A DNA stretch of 32,000 nt, from assembly GCF_000011465.1 (NCBI RefSeq), contig NC_005072.1, forward strand, positions 90,001 to 122,000. The letters run 5' to 3'. Made by a program: the position numbers and the translations under genes. Positions 1-7,374 of this stretch are shown piece after piece. Every line of letters begins with the position of its first letter. Position 1 is the first letter of the stretch. The stretch comes from Prochlorococcus marinus subsp. pastoris str. CCMP1986. GTDB taxonomy: Bacteria > Cyanobacteriota > Cyanobacteriia > PCC-6307 > Cyanobiaceae. The notes beneath the pieces were generated by a model. That model was given only the letters and a program-made list of their open reading frames with translations, was not told the DNA's origin and did no database searches.

Positions 1-1241
1 TTACGTCTACTTCTGCAATAACCGTTACTGGATTAACTATCATTGATGTAGGGGTTGATTTAAATATTTTTGGGCAAATTTTCTTAGCTTTAATGCTTTT
101 ATCAGGTGGTTTAGGCTTAATGGCTATTACAACTTTCTTACAAGGATTTGTTGTGAAAGGGACTCAGCTTAGAACTAGATTGGATAAAGGCAAGACTCTT
201 GACGAATTTGGGGTTGGTGGAATTGGTAGAACTTTTCAAAGCATCGCTATTACTGCCACTTCTATTATTTCTTTTGGTGCAATAGTATTGTATTTTTTCG
301 GTTTTTTAGAAATTCAAAATAATTGGCAAAGATTATGGTCTGCAATTTTTCATAGCATTTCTGCATATAACAATGCAGGTTTTTCTTTATGGTCTAAAAG
401 CCTTCAAGATTATCGATCTAATTTTGTTGTTAATGTTGTATTTATTTTTTTAATTGTGATGGGAGGACTTGGTTGGAGAGTTATTGACGATATATGGAGT
501 AATAGAAAAAATCTTTCATATAAAAAATTAAGTCTTCATTCTAGATTAGTAATTAGGACAAGTTTTTCCTTAATAATTTTTGGATCATTAGGTTTTTTCA
601 TAACAGAGACATTATTAAATAGTCAATTTTTTAGTGATCTAAATTTCTTTGAGAAAGTTTTATCATCTATTTTCGAGACTGTGAGTGCAAGAACAGCGGG
701 ATTTACAAATTTTCCAATATCTTTAAACTCAATATCAGATACTGGTCTCTTGCTATTAATGACGTTGATGTTTATTGGAGCTAGCACCGGTGGTACTGGT
801 GGTGGAATCAAAACTACAACTTTTATTGCCTTAATGGCAGCAACTAGATCAACGTTAAGGGGACAAAAAGATGTAATTATTAGTAATAGATTAATTTCAG
901 ATAAGGTTATTTTGAAAGCAGTTGGAATAACTGTTGGCTCTTTACTTTTTGTTCTCTTGATGGCTATGTTATTAAGTACTACGAATACTTTTATTAAAAA
1001 AGAATCATTTACATTTCTAGAAATTCTTTTCACATGTATTTCTGCATTTGCAACTGTAGGTTTTGATATCGGTTTGACAGCAAAATTAAATCATTTTGGT
1101 CAATTTATTTTAATTATTGGTATGTTCGTGGGAAGACTTGGGATTCTTTTGCTTTTAAGTGCTCTGTGGCAGGCTCTATATAAGAGTAGAATAGAAAGAC
1201 AAAAAAGAATTGGCTATCCAAAAGCTGATCTTTATGTTTAG
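1..1241 (+). CDS. ktrB: K+ uptake membrane subunit, TrkH/KtrB family (5' end cut by window edge)
   Basis: Frame 3 is open from base 3 (TSTSAITVTGLTIIDVG...) into the listed ORF 93..1241. The protein is multi-pass and hydrophobic, with four pore-loop-like signatures (NNAGFSL, TAGFTNF, GGTGGGIKTTT, ATVGFDIG) typical of Trk/Ktr M1-P-M2 repeats. A KtrA/TrkA-type gene follows 18 nt downstream. Confidence 0.85.
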   Translation, partial: TSTSAITVTGLTIIDVGVDLNIFGQIFLALMLLSGGLGLMAITTFLQGFVVKGTQLRTRLDKGKTLDEFGVGGIGRTFQSIAITATSIISFGAIVLYFFGFLEIQNNWQRLWSAIFHSISAYNNAGFSLWSKSLQDYRSNFVVNVVFIFLIVMGGLGWRVIDDIWSNRKNLSYKKLSLHSRLVIRTSFSLIIFGSLGFFITETLLNSQFFSDLNFFEKVLSSIFETVSARTAGFTNFPISLNSISDTGLLLLMTLMFIGASTGGTGGGIKTTTFIALMAATRSTLRGQKDVIISNRLISDKVILKAVGITVGSLLFVLLMAMLLSTTNTFIKKESFTFLEILFTCISAFATVGFDIGLTAKLNHFGQFILIIGMFVGRLGILLLLSALWQALYKSRIERQKRIGYPKADLYV

Positions 1242-1259
1242 CCTTTACAAATATTTATT

Positions 1260-1964
1260 ATGGCTGATTGGTGGCAATGGTCTCAACAAAAAGAAGAGCA
1301 AGCTCTAACTTTCGCAGTTGTAGGAGTTGGAAGATTTGGAACGGCTGTTTGTAGAGAACTTATAAGTAATGGCGTAGATGTTTTAGCTGCAGATGCTTCT
1401 GAGAAGGCTATTGATGATTTAAGACAATTAGAACCTTCTATTGAAGCCAGAGTAATAGATTGTACTGATGAGGAATCAATGAAGGAATCAGGTATCTTAG
1501 AGATGAATACAGTTGTAGTCGGTATTAGTGAGCCTATTGAAGCAAGTATTACCACTACTCTTATTGCTAAGGATAGTGAAGGAACAAAAGTAAAAAGAGT
1601 AATTGCAAGAGCTACGAGTGATTTGCATGAAAAGATGTTAAAAAGAGTAGGTGCTGATAAGGTCGTTTTCCCTTCTAGAATGCAAGGTGAAAGGTTAGGT
1701 TTAGAACTTGTTAGACCAAATCTAATTGAAAGATTAGAATTGGACAATCAAACTGGAATAGATGAATTAACAGTTCCAGAAGAATTTATTGGTAGATCTT
1801 TAAGAGATTTAAATTTAAGAAAAAATTATTTAGTTAACGTTCTTGCTGCTGGTCCTCCGGAACAATTAACAGTGAATCCTCCTGCAAAATATATTCTTGA
1901 GAGAGGAAATATTTTGGTAGTTATGGGGAAAACTTTAGATTTACAAAAATTACCTCAAAATTAA
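1260..1964 (+). CDS. ktrA: K+ uptake regulatory subunit, TrkA/KtrA (RCK, NAD-binding)
   Basis: N-terminal Rossmann motif FAVVGVGRFG (GxGxxG). The 234-aa size and the C-terminal TrkA-C-like segment (ELTVPEEFIGRSLRDLNL...NVLA) fit the family. It sits directly downstream of the ktrB-like gene. Confidence 0.85.
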   Translation: MADWWQWSQQKEEQALTFAVVGVGRFGTAVCRELISNGVDVLAADASEKAIDDLRQLEPSIEARVIDCTDEESMKESGILEMNTVVVGISEPIEASITTTLIAKDSEGTKVKRVIARATSDLHEKMLKRVGADKVVFPSRMQGERLGLELVRPNLIERLELDNQTGIDELTVPEEFIGRSLRDLNLRKNYLVNVLAAGPPEQLTVNPPAKYILERGNILVVMGKTLDLQKLPQN

Positions 1965-2273
1965 TTATTTATTCTCGGATTTTTTGGTATACCTAATCCT
2001 TTGAGGAGCCCCTTTTAATCTTTTAATACTTTGTCTTTCTAATGTATCCCGGAAATTCTCAGTATTAACTGCAGTATCTGATGTTTGTGATTTGGCTTCT
2101 CTTTTGAGATGATTTTTAATTCCTTGCTGAATTAATACCTTGGCCATATTGCTGACAGTTCTTGATTCATTCTCAGCTAAAATATTTAGTTGCTCACAAA
2201 TCAATTCTGGAAGAACCACCTGTATTCTAGGGGATTTTGGCTTCCCATTAGTTGAGTTTTGGCGGGTTGCCAT
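1965..2273 (-). CDS. Ribbon-helix-helix (CopG/Arc/MetJ-like) DNA-binding protein, orphan
   Basis: Residues PRIQVVLPELICEQLNILAENESRTVSNMAKVLIQQGI fit the RHH pattern: a beta strand with alternating polar/hydrophobic residues followed by two helices. The tails are basic and low-complexity. Its stop abuts the ktrA stop with 0 nt between them. Confidence 0.6.
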   Translation of the reverse strand: MATRQNSTNGKPKSPRIQVVLPELICEQLNILAENESRTVSNMAKVLIQQGIKNHLKREAKSQTSDTAVNTENFRDTLERQSIKRLKGAPQRIRYTKKSENK

Positions 2274-2293
2274 TAGTCAAACTTAATAACTGT

Positions 2294-2340
2294 TACTTAT
2301 AAGTATACACAGTTAGTCAAGGGTAGTATCTTTGTGTATA
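2294..2340. promoter_or_regulatory. Candidate operator in the divergent RHH promoter region (palindrome plus inverted repeat)
   Basis: Perfect 12-bp palindrome TACTTATAAGTA at 2294-2305. It overlaps 8-bp inverted-repeat arms TATACACA (2304-2311) and TGTGTATA (2333-2340). Direct repeat TTAGTCAA at 2273-2280 and 2313-2320. All lie within the 116-nt gap between the RHH gene and the divergent ORF at 2390. Confidence 0.3.
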
Positions 2341-2389
2341 TTAATAGTAAGGATATAAGCCTTTGATTAATTTGTTCCTCGTATAAATT

Positions 2390-2728
2390 ATGCAAAATTC
2401 AAGAAATCTTGATTCTTCTCAAAGATCAACAATTGATAAAAAGAAAAAAAAATTAATACAGTCTGAGTCTTTAAGTAACGAGAATAGTGATGTATTAGTA
2501 TCTGCAGTGATCAGTCCGTATTTGTTGACACATCTGCATCAAATTTTGCAACGTTCTGAATATTATGCTCAGAAAGATGGAAGAATATCTCATGCTGCTA
2601 ATTTTGCAAAGCTTAGGAAAGTTCTATGTTTAGATGCAAGAAGTATGGCAGATGCCTCAGCCAAAGAAATAAAAGATACTGATCATGATTTTTCTATAAA
2701 TAAAAATAATGAACAAAATGTAGCTTGA
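2390..2728 (+). CDS. Hypothetical protein (112 aa), lysine-rich N-terminus
   Basis: ATG-initiated ORF with no competing ORF on either strand, divergent from the RHH gene. I recognise no family. Confidence 0.45.
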   Translation: MQNSRNLDSSQRSTIDKKKKKLIQSESLSNENSDVLVSAVISPYLLTHLHQILQRSEYYAQKDGRISHAANFAKLRKVLCLDARSMADASAKEIKDTDHDFSINKNNEQNVA

Positions 2729-2763
2729 GGGAATAGTCTATAGATATGAATTAATAGAAACTG

Positions 2764-2994
2764 ATGACTAGTAATGTTGAAAAACTCTATAACTTGATAG
2801 CCGATGATTCAAGAAAAAAACAAAGTTTATTTTTGATGGCTCTTAATAATCCAAAATCAGCTCTTGAAAAAATTTGCGAGATTGGTAAACAAGTAGATAT
2901 TCAGGTTACTAAAGAAGAGGTAATAGAGTATTTGTCGACTGTTGATGACGAAGCAACTAAATTATGGTTGATCAAGGCTCGAGGAGGTCTTTAG
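2764..2994 (+). CDS. Nif11-like domain / leader-peptide-like small protein (76 aa)
   Basis: The layout VEKLYNLIADDSRKKQSLFLMA..PKSALEKICEIGKQVDIQVTKEEVIEYL matches the Nif11 N-terminal domain pattern (L..F...i..d..l...l....e.i..iakeaGf.it.eel). The protein ends ...KARGGL, so a Gly-Gly sits one residue before the stop. Confidence 0.55.
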   Translation: MTSNVEKLYNLIADDSRKKQSLFLMALNNPKSALEKICEIGKQVDIQVTKEEVIEYLSTVDDEATKLWLIKARGGL

Positions 2995-3144
2995 CAAAAG
3001 ATTTTGCGTAGTTCCTTCTTTTAATGTTGGGGCTATTCTTCTGTTGTAACCTCCACCACCAGCTAATGTCCAAAAAAACCAGTAACTTGGAATTGCCAAT
3101 GCTGCAGCTATGAAAATTACCACTATTTGTTCTATTCTTTTCAT
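2962..3144 (-). CDS. Hypothetical single-pass membrane mini-protein (60 aa)
   Basis: Clear TM helix IVVIFIAAALAIPSYWFFWTLA followed by GGGGY and a polar tail. It is divergent from the ABC-F gene. Its 3' end overlaps the Nif11-like ORF by 33 nt, so one of the two could be spurious. Confidence 0.4.
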   Translation of the reverse strand: MKRIEQIVVIFIAAALAIPSYWFFWTLAGGGGYNRRIAPTLKEGTTQNLLLKTSSSLDQP

Positions 3145-3214
3145 ATAACAATTTTATTCCACAAAAATTTTTTTGGTAAAAAGTCTCTAAGTTTGTAAAT
3201 TCAATTTTTTTAAA

Positions 3215-4837
3215 GTGATTAGATTTGATAATGTAAGTAAAATTTACTCTACTGATGTTGTTCTAAAAAATATTAATTGGGAAATTAGGAAGGGAGAAAA
3301 GATAGGCTTAGTTGGTTCTAATGGAGCAGGTAAATCTACTCAGTTTAAAATCTTAATTGGAGAGGAGGATCAAACAAGTGGACTTGTTCTTAAAGAAGGA
3401 AGTCCCAAAATTTCTCACTTAAAACAGGAATTGGATTGTAATTTAAATCGAACAGTCAGAGAAGAATTAGAAAGTTCTTTTAAAGATATTCAAGTAGTTT
3501 CAAATAAACTTCTAGAGATTGAAAATGAAATGAAATTTTTAGAAACTAGCAAAGACTCTGAAAAACTTGATCATCTTGTAAATCAACTAGCCAAATTTCA
3601 AGAAAAGTTTGAAGTTTTAGGTGGCTACCAAATGCAGGCAGAAGTAGAGAAGATACTGCCAAAACTAGGTTTTTCTCAGAATGATGCAGACAAATTGGTA
3701 GGTAATTTTTCTGGGGGTTGGCAAATGAAAGTTGCTCTCGGAAAAATTATTTTGCAAAAACCTGATCTACTTTTACTCGATGAGCCAACTAACCATTTGG
3801 ATTTGGAAACAATTTTTTGGTTAGAGGAATATTTAATATCTCTAAAAATATCCATCATATTAATTAGTCATGATCGATATTTTTTAGATAAACTATGTAA
3901 AAAGATTATTTTTATAGAAAGAGGAATTTCTGAAACATATAATGGGAATTATTCTTTTTTTATTGAACAAAAGTCTTTAAATGAGGCAACTCAAAGTAAA
4001 GCTTTTGAGTTGCAGCAAAAAGAGATCGAAACACAAAAAAAGTATATTGAAAGATTTCGAGCTAGTGCTACAAGGAGTACACAAGCTAAAAGTAGGGAGA
4101 AGCAATTAAAAAAGATTGTGAAAATTGATGCACCTATTTCAAGACTAAAAAGTCCTTCTTTTAATTTTCCTGAGTGTCCGCGTTCTGGTAAATTGGTTCT
4201 TCAAATTAAGAATTTATCTCATAGTTTTGAAGAAAAGATACTATTATTCGATGTCAATTTAAGGGTTTCTGCGGGCGAAAAAATAGCAATTTTAGGTCCT
4301 AATGGTTGTGGTAAATCTACTTTGTTAAAGTTGATTATGAAAAAAATAGAACCCGAAATAGGAGAAGTTAATTTAGGTAAACATAATATAATTACAAGTT
4401 ATTATGAGCAAAATCAGGCTGCAGCACTTGCTGTTGAAAAACAGGTTATTGATTTAATATATTCAAAAGCACCAGATTGGTCTCAACAAAAAGTAAGGAC
4501 ATTCTTAGGAAGTTTTGGCTTTCATAATGATTCTGTTTTTAAACATGTTCAACAACTTAGTGGTGGCGAAAAAGCTAGATTAGCATTGGCTTTGATGATA
4601 ATGAATCCAAGCAATTTTTTACTTCTTGATGAACCTACAAATCATTTAGATCTACAATCGAAAGAGAATTTGGAACTAGCAATAAATAATTATAAGGGAA
4701 CAGTATTTATTATTTCCCATGATAGATATTTTATTTCAAAAGTTGCAAATAGAATTATTGAAATTAAAGACTCTAAATTATTATCTTTTAATGGTAATTA
4801 TGAATATTTTTTAGAGAAGAAAAGAAGTATAAAATAA
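3215..4837 (+). CDS. ABC-F family ATPase (two ABC domains, no TM domain; translation-factor type, Uup/YheS/EttA-like)
   Basis: GTG start. Walker A motifs GSNGAGKST and GPNGCGKST, signature motifs FSGGWQMKV and LSGGEKARL, Walker B motifs LLLLDEPTNHLD and FLLLDEPTNHLD. A basic, Q/K-rich inter-domain linker (QQKEIETQKKYIERFRASATRSTQAKSREKQLKK) is typical of ABC-F proteins. Confidence 0.9.
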   Translation: MIRFDNVSKIYSTDVVLKNINWEIRKGEKIGLVGSNGAGKSTQFKILIGEEDQTSGLVLKEGSPKISHLKQELDCNLNRTVREELESSFKDIQVVSNKLLEIENEMKFLETSKDSEKLDHLVNQLAKFQEKFEVLGGYQMQAEVEKILPKLGFSQNDADKLVGNFSGGWQMKVALGKIILQKPDLLLLDEPTNHLDLETIFWLEEYLISLKISIILISHDRYFLDKLCKKIIFIERGISETYNGNYSFFIEQKSLNEATQSKAFELQQKEIETQKKYIERFRASATRSTQAKSREKQLKKIVKIDAPISRLKSPSFNFPECPRSGKLVLQIKNLSHSFEEKILLFDVNLRVSAGEKIAILGPNGCGKSTLLKLIMKKIEPEIGEVNLGKHNIITSYYEQNQAAALAVEKQVIDLIYSKAPDWSQQKVRTFLGSFGFHNDSVFKHVQQLSGGEKARLALALMIMNPSNFLLLDEPTNHLDLQSKENLELAINNYKGTVFIISHDRYFISKVANRIIEIKDSKLLSFNGNYEYFLEKKRSIK

Positions 4838-5003
4838 CCGTTTATGTTTATCTTTTAAATATTTTTTTCTTATTTTTTTTAGTTGTGACGAATAGCTTTT
4901 AGAAAACTTTACAATCCTCTAGGCAAGATCACTTATTTTTCTTTACAGACTTCATAACTTTGATTAATGTAATAATTACGAATTTGTTTTATTGAGAATA
5001 CTT

Positions 5004-5147
5004 ATGAAAAAGTATGATTTAAAAGAAAGTAAATATGTTACTTTTGATCCAGTAGAAAGTTATTTTGAGTGTATTTCTAGTTGTGATATTTCTGATGGTA
5101 TTTGTATCTCTCAATGCGTAGAAATACTTAGAGACGATGAAAGTTAA
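5004..5147 (+). CDS. Acidic 47-aa microprotein with twin Cx3C motif (not in ORF track)
   Basis: Manual translation of ATG 5004 to TAA 5145-5147 gives MKKYDLKESKYVTFDPVESYFECISSCDISDGICISQCVEILRDDES. It has four Cys arranged C-x3-C-x6-C-x3-C, a net negative charge and no signal peptide. It occupies an otherwise unexplained intergenic gap. Confidence 0.5.
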   Translation: MKKYDLKESKYVTFDPVESYFECISSCDISDGICISQCVEILRDDES

Positions 5148-5154
5148 AGAATTT

Positions 5155-6303
5155 TTATTTTGTTAATTTAGTAATATCTATAGGTTTAACTTTTAATTTA
5201 ATAATTTTATTTTTTCTTTTTAAGGTTATATTTATAAATTTATTAATTCCGTTGTTGCTTATTTCATTGATAACATCAGAAGAATTATTAATATTTGTTT
5301 TCCCCACTTTTAGGATTATGTCATTAATAAAAATTCCGCTCTTTGCAGCGGGGCTATTTGGGACAACGTATCCTACTTTTACAATACTTTCATTCGTCTC
5401 AAAATAATTTTCGTCTATTAAGTTGATTCCAATCATGGGATGTATTACTGTTCCATTTTTTATCAGTTGCGAAGCGATATTTTTAGCTTTATTTATTGGG
5501 ATTGCAAAACTTAAGCCTGCCCCAGGGCCTGATCTAATAAGAGTATTAATTCCAATCACTTCTCCCTTACTATTTAATAATGGACCCCCAGAATTTCCAG
5601 GGTTAATTGCTGCATCTGTCTGAATTAATTCAAACTTTTTATCATATATTCCTAATTGTGAGACATTTCTATTTAAGTTACTAATTATTCCTAGGGTTAC
5701 TGTATTTTCTAGTCCAAAAGGATTACCAACAGCTATTGCCCAATCACCAACTTCAATTTTTGTTGAATCACCTAACTTTGCTTTTGGCCAAGGTCCTTTT
5801 CCTTCAAGCCTGATAACAGCTAAATCAGTAAGTAAGTCTTGTCCTATTAACTTCCCTTTATATTTTTTTCCGTTTGATAAACCAACTATTAACTTTTGTG
5901 ATCTATTAACAACATGTGCATTAGTCATTACGAGACCATCTCCGAATATAAAGCCGCTTCCTTGGCTCTGTTCTATCCGTGGTTGATTTTCAGGAGGTAA
6001 TTGTAAGCCGAAGAATCTTTCAAAATATGGATCTAAGAATATTCTTGAATCTCTAGAAAATTGTCTATTTTCAACAAATCTTTGAGTGTCAATAGTTACT
6101 ACTGAAGCCCCTGTTTTCTTTACTGCTTTTGTTATGAAAGATATATTTGAAATTTTAGATTCTTCATTAAGATTTTGATTTACTATGGGCTGAGATATTA
6201 CATTTGATTTATTAATTAGGCCAAGTGTTAAACAGGATAGGAAGAATAGTTTTTTAAAAGATAATTTTATAAATTTTCCTTTTGTGATTGTCTTTGAAAA
6301 CAT
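5155..6303 (-). CDS. HtrA/DegP-family periplasmic serine protease with C-terminal PDZ domain
   Basis: N-terminal signal/anchor sequence (LFFLSCLTLGLI). Trypsin-fold triad motifs TNAHVV (His), DLAVIRL (Asp) and GNSGGPLL (Ser). PDZ-like C-terminus (VGYVVPNSPAAKSGIFINDIILKVG). Which cyanobacterial paralogue this is (HhoA/HhoB/HtrA) cannot be told. Confidence 0.9.
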   Translation of the reverse strand: MFSKTITKGKFIKLSFKKLFFLSCLTLGLINKSNVISQPIVNQNLNEESKISNISFITKAVKKTGASVVTIDTQRFVENRQFSRDSRIFLDPYFERFFGLQLPPENQPRIEQSQGSGFIFGDGLVMTNAHVVNRSQKLIVGLSNGKKYKGKLIGQDLLTDLAVIRLEGKGPWPKAKLGDSTKIEVGDWAIAVGNPFGLENTVTLGIISNLNRNVSQLGIYDKKFELIQTDAAINPGNSGGPLLNSKGEVIGINTLIRSGPGAGLSFAIPINKAKNIASQLIKNGTVIHPMIGINLIDENYFETNESIVKVGYVVPNSPAAKSGIFINDIILKVGKTNINNSSDVINEISNNGINKFINITLKRKNKIIKLKVKPIDITKLTK

Positions 6304-6451
6304 TCGTTTATAATTTATTATTTATGTTAGTGAAAATTACATAAATCGCTCAAATTATTTGGCAAATAGAAGAATATGTTTCTTTAAATTAGCTAAATTT
6401 ATTTTTTTCGAGCTATTATAGATCATAAGTAATAATAGATTAATACACTAA

Positions 6452-6715
6452 ATGTCTTTCTTATTTCCAATAGTTTATTCAGCTGCTCTAACCTATTTAG
6501 TTTGGAAAGCTTTTAAAGTAATGTCAAATGGTTGGGGGGCACTTGATAAACAACCAAATCGTTCTTACAAAACAAATATCAAACAAAAAAAATATACTAT
6601 TCATCCTGAACTTCTTGATAAATCTGGAAATATAACTCAAGAAGAATTACTTACAGTAAGGTTTTCTAATGATACAGATTCAACTCTGGAGGAAAAGGGA
6701 ACTACAACTGATTAA
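6452..6715 (+). CDS. Small N-terminally anchored membrane protein (87 aa), hypothetical
   Basis: N-terminal TM helix (FLFPIVYSAALTYLVWKAF) followed by a polar tail containing HPELLD. It resembles a small cyanobacteria-restricted DUF family, but this is a tentative recollection. Confidence 0.5.
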   Translation: MSFLFPIVYSAALTYLVWKAFKVMSNGWGALDKQPNRSYKTNIKQKKYTIHPELLDKSGNITQEELLTVRFSNDTDSTLEEKGTTTD

Positions 6716-6747
6716 ATTCATTAAACACATTTATTACGGATAAAAAT

Positions 6748-7131
6748 TTGGAATTAAGAACAAAGATTGTCGCCGGAGTTATTAGATCACTTAAGTTACC
6801 GCCAAGGTTTCGTCTTAAAATGGTTAAGGAAGATCCTGTCAGACTTGAATTGAGTATAACGCCTTCTTATGGAAAAAATCCAGTAATAGTTGGAATAGTG
6901 GAGTCTCTTGATTTAGTTGCCAGGAGAGATAGAGAGGGAAGAATGCCAAGAGATCTACAAGGAACTTGGGATTGGACCGTAAGACATGGAAAAGTAAGTA
7001 CTGGAGGTTGGAACCCAATGCTTAAAGAAGCTCTCCAAACTATGTTTGAAACAGGTTTGCCATCGATAATATATGAAGAATTAACTGGAGATGAGTACAA
7101 GCCAGTTGATGGAATAAGACATGTTAGATAA
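6748..7131 (+). CDS. Conserved hypothetical soluble protein (127 aa)
   Basis: TTG start at 6748 (an in-frame ATG at 6820 is an alternative). Amino-acid composition is protein-like rather than low-complexity (WDWTVRHGKVSTGGWNPMLKEALQTMFETGLP). The overlapping minus-strand ORF 6867..7136 looks like a shadow ORF. Confidence 0.6.
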   Translation: MELRTKIVAGVIRSLKLPPRFRLKMVKEDPVRLELSITPSYGKNPVIVGIVESLDLVARRDREGRMPRDLQGTWDWTVRHGKVSTGGWNPMLKEALQTMFETGLPSIIYEELTGDEYKPVDGIRHVR

Positions 7132-7141
7132 ATCATGAATT

Positions 7142-7173
7142 TTTACATAAATTCAACCTTATAACGCTAAAAT
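7142..7173 (+). promoter_or_regulatory. Candidate hli promoter: HLR1-like half-site plus -10 element
   Basis: TTTACATA (7142-7149) matches the HLR1 half-site consensus (G/T)TTACA(T/A)(T/A). The expected second half two nt downstream (TTCAACCT, 7152-7159) is degenerate, with 4 of 8 matches. A TAAAAT -10-like hexamer lies at 7168-7173, 27 nt upstream of the hli ATG. Confidence 0.3.
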
Positions 7174-7199
7174 ATAGTTACTTTTTCGAATAAATCATT

Positions 7200-7346
7200 A
7201 TGAATGAGGATAATCAACCAAGATTTGGTTTTGTCAACTTTGCAGAAACTTGGAACGGAAGAATGGCAATGATGGGAATATTGATAGGTTTAGGTACAGA
7301 ATTGATTACAGGACAAAGTATTCTAAGACAAATTGGGATTGGTTAA
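7200..7346 (+). CDS. hli: High-light-inducible protein (HLIP/Scp, one-helix CAB-like), 48 aa (not in ORF track)
   Basis: Manual translation gives MNEDNQPRFGFVNFAETWNGRMAMMGILIGLGTELITGQSILRQIGIG. It carries the canonical HLIP motif FGF..(A)E.WNGR.AM.G followed by the single TM helix. The listed ORF 7250..7519 is in another frame and overlaps it. Confidence 0.88.
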   Translation: MNEDNQPRFGFVNFAETWNGRMAMMGILIGLGTELITGQSILRQIGIG

Positions 7347-7374
7347 ATTTTTTTCAAGAAGTATTTAAGGACAA

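Noticed and set aside
623-1033. 136-aa minus-strand ORF inside the ktrB-like gene
   Set aside because: It lies fully antisense to a gene with strong family motifs. Its sequence is low-complexity (PPPVPPV, runs of V/I/N), as expected for a shadow frame in AT-rich DNA, and I recognise no motif in it.
1283-1747. 154-aa minus-strand ORF inside ktrA
   Set aside because: It is antisense to a well-supported RCK-domain gene, Ser/Leu-rich and featureless. It is a typical shadow ORF.
1965-2273. RHH protein considered as the antitoxin of a toxin-antitoxin module
   Set aside because: No toxin-sized partner ORF exists on the same strand. The gene's 3' end abuts ktrA, and the upstream neighbour is divergent.
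2326-2339. Near-match to an NtcA site (GTA-N8-TAT instead of GTA-N8-TAC) in the RHH intergenic region
   Set aside because: The conserved C of the TAC half-site is missing. I found no properly spaced -10 downstream, and no exact GTAN8TAC in any other intergenic gap I scanned. A chance match is likely in AT-rich DNA.
2444-2452. A9 homopolymer inside the 2390-2728 ORF (encoding KKK), considered as a slipped-strand phase-variation site
   Set aside because: A and T runs of similar length are common throughout this roughly 30% GC window, for example in the 4860-4890 and 7620-7670 regions. Nothing else suggests a contingency locus.
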